Source: a bacterium
GTDB taxonomy: Bacteria > Krumholzibacteriota > Krumholzibacteriia > G020349025
Length of the DNA stretch: 64,000 nucleotides
NCBI GenBank assembly: GCA_031362565.1
Contig: JANLSU010000047.1
Location: forward strand, 13,692-77,691
Direction of reading: 5' to 3'
Numbering within the stretch: the stretch's first letter is position 1; every line of letters starts with the position of its first letter. Made by a program: the position numbers and the translations under genes. Shown piece by piece: positions 28,702-39,616 of the stretch. The notes beneath the pieces were generated by a model that worked only from the letters and a program-made list of their open reading frames with translations, had not been told where the DNA came from and made no database searches.

Positions 28702-31700
28702 CTACTTCAAAAGCAGCAACCGGCGCGTCTGAGTGAACGCACCACTCTGCATGCGATAGAAGTACACGCCGGACGGCAACGTCCGGCCGCGCGCATCACG
28801 GCCATTCCAATCGACCGTATAACGTCCCGCGCTGTACGCGGCGTGTACGAGCCGCCGCACGTGTTGCCCGGCCGCGTCGAACACATCCAGTTGAACCCAG
28901 CCGGTCGACGGCAACTCGAATGGAATCAACGTGCTCGGATTGAACGGATTCGGCGTGTTCTGCAAGAGCGCATAGGCACGCGGCAGCAGTGCCGGCTCGG
29001 TGTCCGTCGTCCCGCGTTCGAGTCCGAACGGCGCGTCCGTTGCATCGCGGGCCAGGAAGCCCTCTGCATCGGCCAAGACCACACGCACGCGCGCCGTAGT
29101 CGTCGGCAGATTGGGCGGGGTCCACGTGACGCTCGTCCCGGTGACATCGGCGGCGATCGTCGCCCAGGTCGCACCGTCATCCGGGGACCACGAGATCTCG
29201 GCACGAGTGCCCGTCCACCCGAGCGGCAAGGACCAACGGATGGTGTACGGCCGTCCGCATGCCACCCGCTCGCCGCCGCGCGGTGCGGTGACGATGTGGC
29301 GGACGATGGTCACCGGGGCCGACCGGCGAAAGCCGCGCCCGTCCGTGTACTGGCCGCTGATTTCGAGGGCGGGAGATCCGGTGTCGCTGAAGGTCCGCTG
29401 CACGGCAGCGCGGTCGAAGCACAGCACGAGGTCCGGAATCCCATTGCCGTCCTGGTCGCCGATCACCGGCGCCGTCGCAAGCGGCGCAACCTCGCCGCCG
29501 ACTCGCAGGCTCGCAACCACCACGTCCGACGGCAATAGCGGCGCCGGCGGTTCGAGGCGGATCGAGACGTCGCCGCTCCGCACGCGCAGGTCGAGCGGTT
29601 GCGGCGTGACCGCTGCGCCCGTACTCACCTCGTCCACGACGTGCAGGCGCGCCGCACCCCTCAACGTTGGGCGGTCCGGATCGTTGGTACTGATCAACAG
29701 CACGGCGTTCTTGTCACCGATCGGGAGATTCGCGGCGTCGAACGCTACCTTCAGCGACAGACAGGCGCCGGCTGCGACGACCCCGGTGGTGGGCGTCACC
29801 TTCACCCAGGGGAGCACCGGCCGGGTGATGCGAATCGCCAGACTCGGGTGCAGGTAGGGGGCGTTGAACACCACGGTGAGACCGTCCGTCCGGTCGCCGT
29901 TCTGCATACCGGTCGTGCAACTGTTCAGGACAGCGCCCACTACCTTGTACTGGTACACGATGTCGCCGTTCGCGAACAGGATGATTTGGAACGTGTTGGG
30001 GGTGCCGGCGCCGCCGCTGAAGCGGGTCACCTTGTCATACTGAATCACCAAGCGCGTGGCATCGCTTTGGTACAGGATGCGGGCCCCATTGGCTGCCGAC
30101 ACCAACAGGTCGTCCCAGAATGCGGCGAGCAGATTCTCCGGTGCCGCCGGATCCGATGATGGGAGCACCTGGTTGCCGTAGATCGAGTTGCTGTTGGTGA
30201 AACTGATATAGCCGTTGGTGCACACCCGGAACGACGCGAAGGTTTCACCATAGAACGGGAACGCGAAACCGATTGGAAACGGTCCGACGTTTTGCTCGTC
30301 CGCGAAAGGTTGCAACGGAACGAGCGCCCCGGTGTTCGAAATGTCGATCCATCCGAACGCCGGGCCGCCGGGGTCGTCACTGTCAGTCCATCGATAACCG
30401 AACGCATCCGGGCCGCCGTGACCCAGGATTCCATCGCGGGGATCTGTTGCCTCCTTCGGCAGCCAGAGTGCCGCGTGAGTTGCCACGGGCGTCGCCGCCG
30501 GAGGCACTGCGGTCGCGGTGAAATGCAGGTCGCTGCCGCCGGTGTTGCAGATCTGCAGCGACTTGACCACCTCGCGTCCGGCCGTTGTGGTTGCCTCGAT
30601 GATCGGGGGCTGCACTGCAGCGACCGGCGCGGGTGCCGCCGTCGCCACGATCGGCACCACGAGCAGCGATTCCGGCGATGTGTTGGTGAAGGTCAGACTC
30701 GTGCTGCGGTTGCCGGATTGGGTGGGGAAGGCGACGAAAAGCAGCGCTTGCGACTGCCCAGGCTGCAGCGTGAAAACCTGCGGTCCGGCGTTGAAGTCCG
30801 GCAGCCCGCTCGTGATCGCCGACACCGCCAGCGGCGCCAGCCCGGTGTTCACCGCCGTCATGGCGCGAATGACCGGCCGGTTCAGGAAGATCGTGCCCAA
30901 GTCCAACGTCGCCGGTGAGATGGTGAGCCGGCCCGTTGTCGTGATATTCAAGATCACCGGCAGATTGATTTGCAACTCGTCCGAGTCGTTGGTCGCGAAG
31001 ATCAGCGACGTGCGGTGTTGGCCGGGTGGAAGGTTCCTGGCATCGAGCCCAATCTGGACGAACTGCGACTGCCCACCGAGAACGAGCCCGGATGTCGGTG
31101 TGATCGTCAGCCACGGAATGGGGGACGAGAGGCACTGCCACGCCAGAGGGTATGAGTTGGGTACGACATTGGAGATCGTCAGCGTTTGGCTGACGACGGC
31201 GCCCGGGGACACGGTCACCGCGATCGAGTCGGGCTCCAGGTCCACATCCGGCGCCAAGACTCCAAGGCCGCTCAACCCTACGGGCAACGAGGGCTCGTCC
31301 GGATCATCGCTCGTCAGCGTCAACACGCCCGTCGCGACTCCTGAGGCGAGCGGTGAGAACGTGACTTGCAAGGCGTGGAAACTGCCTGCCGCGACGTCGA
31401 AACCGAGTGAATCGGCGCCAAAAAACGGATTGTTTGTTTGCACCCGGGTGATGTGCAACACGTCAGTTCCAACGTTTGCGACCCGGAGATCGTGTCGGCT
31501 TGTCGAGTTCACAAACGTCAGACCAAAGTCGATGGGCGCATTTGGCGTGTCGATGTCCGGGGAGCCGGTGACGTGCAATGACGCGAACACGTTGCGGACG
31601 TCGTCGGGGTCGTTGCTCTGCACCTCGGCCCGGACGCGGTAGTCGCCGCCGATCAGGCTATGGGCGTCGAACAAGACTCGCACCGGCTGATTGCCGCCCG

Positions 31701-34700
31701 GTGCGACCGTGCCGCCGGTGGGTTGGAAACGCAGGAACGGGATATCCGGCACATAGCGCCCAAATCCGAAACCGTTGGACCCTTCGGCGAAGTACACGCC
31801 GCGATTCACTCCTTGGCTTAGGAACGTCACGCCGCCATTCGACACGTAGAACAGCGGATTCGATTCGGTGCTCCACGATTGTGTCACGAAGTCGTAGACC
31901 TGCCAGCCCGTGCCGCCTGCCGCATAGTAGCGGTGGCTCAATGGATCGACGGCGCTGCCGACACCCGCATACCCAGGCACGTTCGCGAGCCCTGCCCATT
32001 GGTTCGTCGCCGGGTCGAACACCAAGAAGGTGAAGCCCTGGTGGACATACAAGCGGCCCTGGTAGAACTGCATGCCGCCCGGCCAATCCAGGAACACCGG
32101 CGGTGCCGGCAGTGGCTGAATCTGGCCTGTCGCAGGGTTGTAGCGCATGAACAGATTCGATCGCGCCGCGTACAGGTACGTCCCATCGGTGGCGATCAAG
32201 GTCGTACTCGCGAACAGTGGGCTGTTGATCTGCGACCAACTGTTGGCCGCGATGTCGTAGATCCGCAGCGCGATGTCGCTGCTACTCACCGCGTACAGAG
32301 TGCCGTTCAGTACGACGGCACCGGCAGCGATCAGCGCCTGCGGTTGCGGCGCGAGGGGTGTCCAGGTTGCAATGCTGGGCTCGTACCGCGCAAAGCCGGT
32401 GCCGAACGTTTGAAATGCGTAGATGGCTCCAGTTGCCGGATCCGTGGTGAGTCCGTTCAAGAGGGACGGCGACGGCGATAGGGGTGCGAACGTGCCTGCG
32501 GCAGCCGGCGTCGCGTCCCTTCCGGCCTTGATCTGCGCACCAGGCTCCACGCCGTGGACTGCTGCCTCCGGATGCAAGACGATGGTCCAGTCGAGCGCCG
32601 ATCCACCGGTGTTCGAAATGTTCACCACGGTCGAATCCACACCGTTGGTGAACAGGTCGGCGTGAATGGAATCCGGAGCAACTCCGATCTGTGGCGGGAT
32701 CAGGCCGATACCGCTGAGCGCGACCGCGACCTGCGGGTCGTCAGGATCGTTGCTGCTGAGGATCAGGGTCAGGGCGGAGGGTCCGGGCGTCACCGGATCG
32801 AAGCGCACGGGCAAGACCGTTTGTTGGCCCACGGCCAGCGTGAATGGCGTCGCGGTGACCGAGAACGGTGGGTCCGTCACGACGCTCGAGACCTGCAGCA
32901 TATCGGTCCCGGCATTCGTGACCTGCAGGTCCAAACTGCGTGTCCCGCCGACGAACACGCTGCCAAAGTCGAGATGCGTCGTGGAAAGAGATACTTCTGG
33001 GGCGCCGGTGACGTGCAGCGTGGCAGCGACGCGCACCGGATTCTCGTCGGGATCATTGCTCCCGATCTCGACCGTGGCGCGATAGTCGCCGCCGATGAGC
33101 CCGGCGGCGTCAAAGACGGCGGCGATTTCTTGCTGCTCTCCCGGCAGCACGCTCCCGGACGCGGGCTCGGTGCGCAGCCATCCCGCCGACAACTCGTACC
33201 GTCCGAACCCAACCCCACCCTCGCCTTGCACGAAGTACACACCGCCGGGTCCGGGTCCGCGCACGACGGCCATGCCGCCGTCGGACACGGGGAACAACGG
33301 TTCGGTCACGGCGCTCCATTGTCCGGTTGCGATATCGAACGCGTACCAGTTCGACCCGCCGTACGACCCATGGGCGTAGTAAACGCTCGAGGCGGGATCG
33401 ACGCAGCTTCCCAGTACAGCGCCACCGGGCAGCGGCGGCAACGATGCCCATTGGTTATTGGCAATGTCATAGGTTTCGAATCCTTGGAACCCATCGCCTT
33501 GGTGGCCATACAACTTGCCCGCATGGAACTGCAGGCCGCCCCATGCGGTGAATCCCGCCACCGGTTGCGCCATGAACGTCCACTGCGATGTGACGGGGTC
33601 ATGGCGCACGAATCCGGAGGGACCGGCGAGATAAATGTACTGGCCGTCGGTCGCGATGTTGCCGGTTGCGTTCCCCAGGCCGTTGGCAAGGGTCGTCCAG
33701 GTGTTCGTGACAATGTCATACACACCGAGTTGCGAGCCATTGCCCGTGTACACCGTGTAGATCTTGCCATTGAGGATCATGGCTCCACCGTTGTTACCAC
33801 TGAACAACGGACACGCCGCAAGCGGCTCCCAACTGTTCGTCGCCCGGCGGTAACGGTAGAAAGCAAACCCTTCATTTTGCTGCGCGTAGATGAAACCGCT
33901 GCCCGGATCGGCGGTGACACACGTCATCGGCACGGGACAAGACGCCAGGGGCTGGAAAGCACCCAGCGCCAGCGGATACGCGCCGCGAACTTGGCTCGAG
34001 ACAGTGGTGCCGTGGTTGCTGGTTCCAGTCGTTGCGGTTGCCGGTGCCACATAGAGCGCCCCTGCGGCCGCTAACGCGCTCGCGGACCAGATCAGCGGGC
34101 TCCCGCCGGTGTTCGCGATGGTGATCGTGCGCGTCGCCGTCGCGCCGGTGAACAAGTCGGCATGGATGGAGTCGGGCTGCACCGCAATATCCGGCGCGAT
34201 AACCGACAATCCCCGCAGCTCGATCGACACGCTTGCCTCGTCCGGATCGTCGCTCTGCACCAACAGGGTGCCGTGCTCACTCGCCGGCACTGGCGGGCAG
34301 AACTGCAGAGTCACGTTCTGGCTGGCGCCCGGGGCCAGCGCGAAGCTGCCGGGGCTCGCAGTGAACACCGGATTCGCACTCGCGATGGAACTGACGGTCA
34401 AAGGGTCGGTTCCGGGGTTCGAAACGATGAGATGCCGGGTCACGCACCCGCCCGCAAACACGGTTCCGAAATCGATCGAGTCGACGGCCGCCGGGTAGGT
34501 GACGCGCACCGTGTGTTGGTTGATGGTGCAAAAGACATTCACGTCGAAGGTGTTCTGTACTTGCGCTTGAATCACGCCGTCGAGAGCGAGAGTTCTGAGC
34601 AAGGGCAGGCTGGCGCTGAACGTGCCGCTGGCGGGGCTGCAGTCGCTCCCGGTGGACCCGGTCGACCCGATCGCAATGCCTTCCATGGTCAGCGTGGCAC

Positions 34701-37700
34701 TTTCGACGATATCACCGTAGTCGCCGTCGGCGACCAACTCGATCGTTCCGGGGCCGGCGGGTGGAAGAACGACGGGCAACGTGTGTTGGGTCATCGCCCC
34801 ATCGACGATGTACGTCTGCACCGACTGCAGCACGACGGGCTCGCCGGCGAGCGCAATGTCGGGTGCACCGGTCACATGCAACGCCACCGGAACCGTAACC
34901 GTGCCTTCATCCGGATCGTTGCTCTGCACCAACACGTTGGCGCCATAGTCGCCACCATTGAGCCCAAGAGCATTGAACCCGACGGTGATGTCGACGCCTT
35001 GCCCCGGCGGGATCTGGCCTTGGGCCGGCTGCAGCGTCAGCCACGAAGGCGTTGTCGCCAGAGCGGCGCCCAGGAGGTTTTCGAGCACGAGCCCGGTGTC
35101 CTCACCCAACGCCAAACCGAATTCGAGGTTGAGCGCCGAGGCGAATACGGTCCCGGCACCGACGCGATATTGCACCAGAGTCGGACGCTCGTGCGAATCG
35201 CTCATCAAGACCGATGTCCGCGCCGCCAGGTGCGTGAAGAAACCAGCGCTCGCGAAGCTGCCGGTGATGACTGGCGACAAGTCCCGCGCCACGGGATGCT
35301 GGGTGTCGGTGACCTGGTTCTCGATGTCCGCACCGGGCGCGATCCGCAGCCCGTCCGGCATTTTCAAGCGTGCCGCGTCACCCTCCGAATAGCCCCAGCC
35401 GGCGGCGTGGATTTCGAGCACACCGCCGCCACGCAACCATGGCTCCAAGCGACCACCGGCCGCCGACCAGTTCTCATAGGCGCGCGTCGGCTGATCTCCA
35501 GCCAGCACGATCAATCGGTACTTGGACAAGTCCGCCGCCGCGAGTCCCTCGGTGGTGAGGAGATCGAATGGCAGCGCCATTCCGGTGAGCACCGATTCAT
35601 CCGCATGGCCGCCCCACGGTGCAACATCTTGCACCAGCGCGATGCGGGCCGCGGGGCGAAGCGCGCTCTGGATCTGGGCGGGATGGAAACCGGCGGGTGC
35701 CTGGTTCGAACGCGCCTCGCGGTCTTCGCGCGCGCCGCTCGCATTGCGTGCCGGACGTGCGGCCAGGCGATGGGCCTTGCTCGTGCTGCTCGCGGCTGTC
35801 GTCGCGGGTGCGGGTGCCGTCTCGGCGGCGAGCGTGAAGTTGAGGTCGCTGAACCCCTCGTTCTGGATGTGCAGCGTCTGTTGCGACGTCGCACCCGACA
35901 AGAGCGATTCGGTCAAACTCTGGGGCGATACGGCGATGTCAGGTGGCACCAGGCCTTCGCCGCGTAGCGTCGCCGTCGACGAGATTTCATCCGGATCATC
36001 GCTCACGATGGTGAGCAGCCCCGTTTCGACGCGGGCCTGGTTGGGGCAGAACTGCACGTTCACATCGCGGAATTCGCCGGGCGCCAATGCGAAGCCGGCG
36101 CCGTCCGGCGTGAACACCGGCGAGTTGCTGTTGACACTCGCGAGCGTCAGCAGATCGGTGCCGGTGTTACGGACGCGGATCGCGAGAGTCTTGCAGCCAC
36201 CCAGGAACACGGTATTGAAGTCCAGCGGGTCGAAACCAAGCGCGTAGCTCAAGACCACACGATGCTGATTCAAGGTGCAGAAGACGTTCACGGCGAACGA
36301 GTTCTGGACCTGGACGTTGATGATGCCGTCGGCTGCGAAGGTGGCCAATTGGGCCGGTGTGAGAGGAAACGAGCCGTGGCCCTGGGTACAGTCGGCGCCC
36401 AGCGAACCGACGGCTCCCAAGGTGGTGCCTTCGACCGTCACCGTCGCGGTCTCGACGCCGGCTCCATAGTCACCGTCTGCGAACAACTCCAGAGTTCCAC
36501 CCAATGTCGGCGCGACGGGAACCGGCAACGCATGCTGGGTGAGCGCGCCGTCGACGGTGTACGTTTGCGTCGACTGAATGTTGAACTGTGGACCTTCCAA
36601 TTGAATGTCGGGGGCACCCGTCACGTGCAGGTGCACCGGGACGTCGACCCGCGACTCATCCGGATCGTTGCTGCTCACTTGCAGCTCGGCGTCGTAGTTG
36701 CCGCCATTCAGGCCGGTGGCATCGAAAGTGAGGGTGAGATTCATCGACGCCCCCGGCGCCACGACGGCAGCGGCGGGATCCGCTGTCAGCCAACGGACGG
36801 CGTGGCCACTCCAAGCGAGGGCGTTGTGAAGAACGCGTCCAACGTCGCCAGCGATGAATCCCGTGTTGCCCACATAGGCGTTGACGCCCACCACGATATC
36901 GTTCTTCGTCGCCACGAACGGCTGGCCATTGTCCCAGCTTGCAACCAACACTGCGCCTGGCGTCACCGTCGTCGCACCCAAGAGATCGCCGAACGCGCTG
37001 GTCACTCCCTCCATGATGGGGTGCCCTGCATCGAACGTTCCGAGGTTCGCGCTGCCGATCGGGCCACTGCCGAGGGTGAAGGGCAGATAGCCTCCTGAAA
37101 CCAATCGTCCGGCGACCGCAAATCCACCGATAAAGGTCGGCACGGTCAGCACCACGCCGCCGCCTGCATCCGCGTAGTCCGCCAGCAGGTCACCGACGCC
37201 GGCAGCGTTTGGAATGGCCGTGTCGCTGGCCAGCATCACGGCGTCGTACGAATTGAGGTCCGCCAGAATCGGCGTGCCCTGCGACAGGTCGAAAACGTCG
37301 GTGACCGCGACATCGGGATAGGCCGCGATCATTTGCCGGATCGCACTGACGTCGCCGCCCGCGTTCAAGATGAGGAATCGCAGGCCGCCCGTCTGAATGA
37401 CGGGCGGACGCCGGATCGGCCGCAGCGGGTCGGAGCGGCGGGGGACGGCGCCGGCCCGATACGACGGGTTTCGCCCTTCGAAAATGAACGGATGCGAAGC
37501 GGAGGGGCGCGCGATCGTGCGGGTTACAACCGCGGTTGCCTCGACTACAGTCGTACCGCGCACCTGTGCCGCGAGAACCAGGTCGCTGACGCCCAAGTTC
37601 TGAACGTTCAGAACTTCGGTTGCCGTTTGCCCGGTGAGAAGGTCGCCCGATGCCGACGACGGCGCGAGCGCGATGTCCGGTGGCCCGAGCGTCGTTGCGC

Positions 37701-39297
37701 TCGCGACATTGGAAATCGGCCCCACACCGCCCAGCTCGTCCGCCGCCCGAATCGCGAAGTAGTACACGGTGGAGAAGGCGAGCCCGTTGACGGTCATCTG
37801 CTCGGCGCTCCCCGCCGTTTGCGGATTGGGTTCGCCATTGACCTGAGTGGCGGCCCCGAACGTCGTGTCGTCCAAGGGCGCTGTGGAATAACGCAGATCG
37901 TAGTTTGCGGCGCGGCCGGTCGCGCCGTCATCGCCGGTCGCCGTCCAGTGCAGCGTCATCGAACTGCCGCCCGGATCGACCGCGGTGAGATCCGTGATGG
38001 CGCCCGGCGGCAGGCTGTCGGGTTGGGCGATCGGCAAGAAGGCGTTCAAGCGGCCACCGGTCACGGTGCGGCCCGAGAGCGCTGGGATCGGATCGACGCG
38101 CGCCAGGAGCAGCGTCTTGGCGGACGCGGCGGTGATACTGGGATAGAAGCCGCGGATGAGCGCCATGACGCCGGCGACATGCGGCGTCGCCATCGAAGTG
38201 CCGCTCTTCAGGCCGTACGTGTTACCCGGCTGGGTGCTCAGAATGTCGACGCCCGGTGCGCCCAGATCCACGGTGGTCAGGCCCCAATTGGAGAACGATG
38301 CGAGCTGATCGTTGTGATCGGTGGCGGCCACCGCAATGATGTTGGGTGAGTCGTAGTTGGACGGGTAGTTCGCGAACGTATCGTTGTCCGAACTGGCGTT
38401 GCCGGCGGCTGCGACGAACGAAATACCGGCCGTATCCGCAGCTCGAATCGCGTCTAACAGCGCCTGCGAGAACCCGCCGCCGCCCCAACTGTTGCTGGTC
38501 AGTTGAATGCCCATGGTCGTCGCGTAGTCCACGGCGCGGATGGCATTGTCCGTCGATCCGGATCCACCGGCGTCCAGGAACTTCAGCGCCATCAAGCGCA
38601 CGTGCCAGTTCACCCCGGCGACCCCGATCCCGTTGTCGCCGACCCCACCGATGGTTCCCGCGCAGTGCGTCCCGTGGCTGTGGTCATCCATCGGATCGCC
38701 ATCGTTGTTCACGAAGTCGTAGCCGTGGATGTCGTCGATGTAGCCGTTGTGATCGTCGTCGATCCCGTTGCCGGGAATCTCGTTGGGGTTGGTCCAAATG
38801 TTAGCGGCAAGATCGGGATGGGTGTAGTCGATGCCGGAGTCGATGATGCCGACGACGACCGCGGTTGATCCCGTGAACTCGTGCCAGGCCGCTGTCGCCG
38901 AGATATCCGCGCCCGGCGTGCCGCCTGTTTGCCCGGTGTTCTGCATGCCCCAGAGTTCATCGAACCGGGGATCATTCGGGACGTCTAAAGCGTGGTAGAT
39001 GAAGTTCGGCTCGATGAACTCGAGATTGGGATCGTGGCGGTGGCGTGCGATGGCTTGCTCGACCGTCAGGCCGCCGATATGCGCCAGCAAAACTTTGGTG
39101 CGCCCCAGCTCCTCAATGTCACGGGCGGCAAGGTCGCCGAGCACTTGGGCGCGATAGGAGGCCGTCGCGGTCTGGCGGAACTTCAGGAGGACTTCGGATT
39201 CTTTATATTGTGCGGGAGCGTTTTGCGCTCGCACCGCCGTGGCCGACAACAACAGGCACAACGCACCAGCCAGGCGAGTTTTTCCAAACGTCGACAT
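28702..39297 (-). CDS. Giant secreted S8 subtilase (~3,530 aa) with FN3, repeated ASH/choice-of-anchor-D-like Ig spacers, two kelch-like propellers and C-terminal FlgD-Ig
   Basis: Triad motifs IIDSGID, HGTHCAG and GTSMATPHVAG; recurring SNDPDE...LHVTGAPDI; NTPNPFNP...SGVYFYRM. Start placed at ATG 39297 with a signal peptide. Confidence 0.93.
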   Translation of the reverse strand: MSTFGKTRLAGALCLLLSATAVRAQNAPAQYKESEVLLKFRQTATASYRAQVLGDLAARDIEELGRTKVLLAHIGGLTVEQAIARHRHDPNLEFIEPNFIYHALDVPNDPRFDELWGMQNTGQTGGTPGADISATAAWHEFTGSTAVVVGIIDSGIDYTHPDLAANIWTNPNEIPGNGIDDDHNGYIDDIHGYDFVNNDGDPMDDHSHGTHCAGTIGGVGDNGIGVAGVNWHVRLMALKFLDAGGSGSTDNAIRAVDYATTMGIQLTSNSWGGGGFSQALLDAIRAADTAGISFVAAAGNASSDNDTFANYPSNYDSPNIIAVAATDHNDQLASFSNWGLTTVDLGAPGVDILSTQPGNTYGLKSGTSMATPHVAGVMALIRGFYPSITAASAKTLLLARVDPIPALSGRTVTGGRLNAFLPIAQPDSLPPGAITDLTAVDPGGSSMTLHWTATGDDGATGRAANYDLRYSTAPLDDTTFGAATQVNGEPNPQTAGSAEQMTVNGLAFSTVYYFAIRAADELGGVGPISNVASATTLGPPDIALAPSSASGDLLTGQTATEVLNVQNLGVSDLVLAAQVRGTTVVEATAVVTRTIARPSASHPFIFEGRNPSYRAGAVPRRSDPLRPIRRPPVIQTGGLRFLILNAGGDVSAIRQMIAAYPDVAVTDVFDLSQGTPILADLNSYDAVMLASDTAIPNAAGVGDLLADYADAGGGVVLTVPTFIGGFAVAGRLVSGGYLPFTLGSGPIGSANLGTFDAGHPIMEGVTSAFGDLLGATTVTPGAVLVASWDNGQPFVATKNDIVVGVNAYVGNTGFIAGDVGRVLHNALAWSGHAVRWLTADPAAAVVAPGASMNLTLTFDATGLNGGNYDAELQVSSNDPDESRVDVPVHLHVTGAPDIQLEGPQFNIQSTQTYTVDGALTQHALPVPVAPTLGGTLELFADGDYGAGVETATVTVEGTTLGAVGSLGADCTQGHGSFPLTPAQLATFAADGIINVQVQNSFAVNVFCTLNQHRVVLSYALGFDPLDFNTVFLGGCKTLAIRVRNTGTDLLTLASVNSNSPVFTPDGAGFALAPGEFRDVNVQFCPNQARVETGLLTIVSDDPDEISSTATLRGEGLVPPDIAVSPQSLTESLLSGATSQQTLHIQNEGFSDLNFTLAAETAPAPATTAASSTSKAHRLAARPARNASGAREDREARSNQAPAGFHPAQIQSALRPAARIALVQDVAPWGGHADESVLTGMALPFDLLTTEGLAAADLSKYRLIVLAGDQPTRAYENWSAAGGRLEPWLRGGGVLEIHAAGWGYSEGDAARLKMPDGLRIAPGADIENQVTDTQHPVARDLSPVITGSFASAGFFTHLAARTSVLMSDSHERPTLVQYRVGAGTVFASALNLEFGLALGEDTGLVLENLLGAALATTPSWLTLQPAQGQIPPGQGVDITVGFNALGLNGGDYGANVLVQSNDPDEGTVTVPVALHVTGAPDIALAGEPVVLQSVQTYIVDGAMTQHTLPVVLPPAGPGTIELVADGDYGDIVESATLTMEGIAIGSTGSTGSDCSPASGTFSASLPLLRTLALDGVIQAQVQNTFDVNVFCTINQHTVRVTYPAAVDSIDFGTVFAGGCVTRHLIVSNPGTDPLTVSSIASANPVFTASPGSFALAPGASQNVTLQFCPPVPASEHGTLLVQSDDPDEASVSIELRGLSVIAPDIAVQPDSIHADLFTGATATRTITIANTGGSPLIWSASALAAAGALYVAPATATTGTSNHGTTVSSQVRGAYPLALGAFQPLASCPVPMTCVTADPGSGFIYAQQNEGFAFYRYRRATNSWEPLAACPLFSGNNGGAMILNGKIYTVYTGNGSQLGVYDIVTNTWTTLANGLGNATGNIATDGQYIYLAGPSGFVRHDPVTSQWTFMAQPVAGFTAWGGLQFHAGKLYGHQGDGFQGFETYDIANNQWASLPPLPGGAVLGSCVDPASSVYYAHGSYGGSNWYAFDIATGQWSAVTEPLFPVSDGGMAVVRGPGPGGVYFVQGEGGVGFGRYELSAGWLRTEPASGSVLPGEQQEIAAVFDAAGLIGGDYRATVEIGSNDPDENPVRVAATLHVTGAPEVSLSTTHLDFGSVFVGGTRSLDLQVTNAGTDMLQVSSVVTDPPFSVTATPFTLAVGQQTVLPVRFDPVTPGPSALTLILSSNDPDDPQVAVALSGIGLIPPQIGVAPDSIHADLFTNGVDSTVVNISNTGGSALDWTIVLHPEAAVHGVEPGAQIKAGRDATPAAAGTFAPLSPSPSLLNGLTTDPATGAIYAFQTFGTGFARYEPSIATWTPLAPQPQALIAAGAVVLNGTLYAVSSSDIALRIYDIAANSWSQINSPLFASTTLIATDGTYLYAARSNLFMRYNPATGQIQPLPAPPVFLDWPGGMQFYQGRLYVHQGFTFLVFDPATNQWAGLANVPGYAGVGSAVDPLSHRYYAAGGTGWQVYDFVTQSWSTESNPLFYVSNGGVTFLSQGVNRGVYFAEGSNGFGFGRYVPDIPFLRFQPTGGTVAPGGNQPVRVLFDAHSLIGGDYRVRAEVQSNDPDDVRNVFASLHVTGSPDIDTPNAPIDFGLTFVNSTSRHDLRVANVGTDVLHITRVQTNNPFFGADSLGFDVAAGSFHALQVTFSPLASGVATGVLTLTSDDPDEPSLPVGLSGLGVLAPDVDLEPDSIAVTVSPGAVVSQTLTISNVVPNSYPLAWQCLSSPIPWLTITPTSGLVLGGQSQFVQIGLDARNLPPGQHRTSLIFATNDSDELQINLPVILNITTTGRLTISPATLDLGTIFLNRPVIRAMTAVNTGLAPLAVSAITSGLPDFNAGPQVFTLQPGQSQALLFVAFPTQSGNRSTSLTFTNTSPESLLVVPIVATAAPAPVAAVQPPIIEATTTAGREVVKSLQICNTGGSDLHFTATAVPPAATPVATHAALWLPKEATDPRDGILGHGGPDAFGYRWTDSDDPGGPAFGWIDISNTGALVPLQPFADEQNVGPFPIGFAFPFYGETFASFRVCTNGYISFTNSNSIYGNQVLPSSDPAAPENLLAAFWDDLLVSAANGARILYQSDATRLVIQYDKVTRFSGGAGTPNTFQIILFANGDIVYQYKVVGAVLNSCTTGMQNGDRTDGLTVVFNAPYLHPSLAIRITRPVLPWVKVTPTTGVVAAGACLSLKVAFDAANLPIGDKNAVLLISTNDPDRPTLRGAARLHVVDEVSTGAAVTPQPLDLRVRSGDVSIRLEPPAPLLPSDVVVASLRVGGEVAPLATAPVIGDQDGNGIPDLVLCFDRAAVQRTFSDTGSPALEISGQYTDGRGFRRSAPVTIVRHIVTAPRGGERVACGRPYTIRWSLPLGWTGTRAEISWSPDDGATWATIAADVTGTSVTWTPPNLPTTTARVRVVLADAEGFLARDATDAPFGLERGTTDTEPALLPRAYALLQNTPNPFNPSTLIPFELPSTGWVQLDVFDAAGQHVRRLVHAAYSAGRYTVDWNGRDARGRTLPSGVYFYRMQSGAFTQTRRLLLLK

Positions 39298-39616
39298 TAG
39301 TCTTCCCCCGGGGGCATCGGGTGACGGACTTGTACGGTCGACACGCGCAAGGGAACCCTCGGTTGCGGGCACAGATCTGCCAGCAACCGGTCGACGCATC
39401 GATCGCCGGCCAGAAAATCAGGGAGTGAAACCTGGCAAGAATCTAGCGCGATGGCGGTCAAGAATCCAGTGCGGAGTTAAGATTCCGAATCCGTCCGATG
39501 ATGGCGGCGGCACTTCCGCCCCGGATACCGTTGCTTCCGGCGCGACCGCGGCATAGATTTGACCTGCATCGCGCTGCGTGTTTGTGCGTGGTTTCCTCCG
39601 TCCGAGGCGGGACAAC

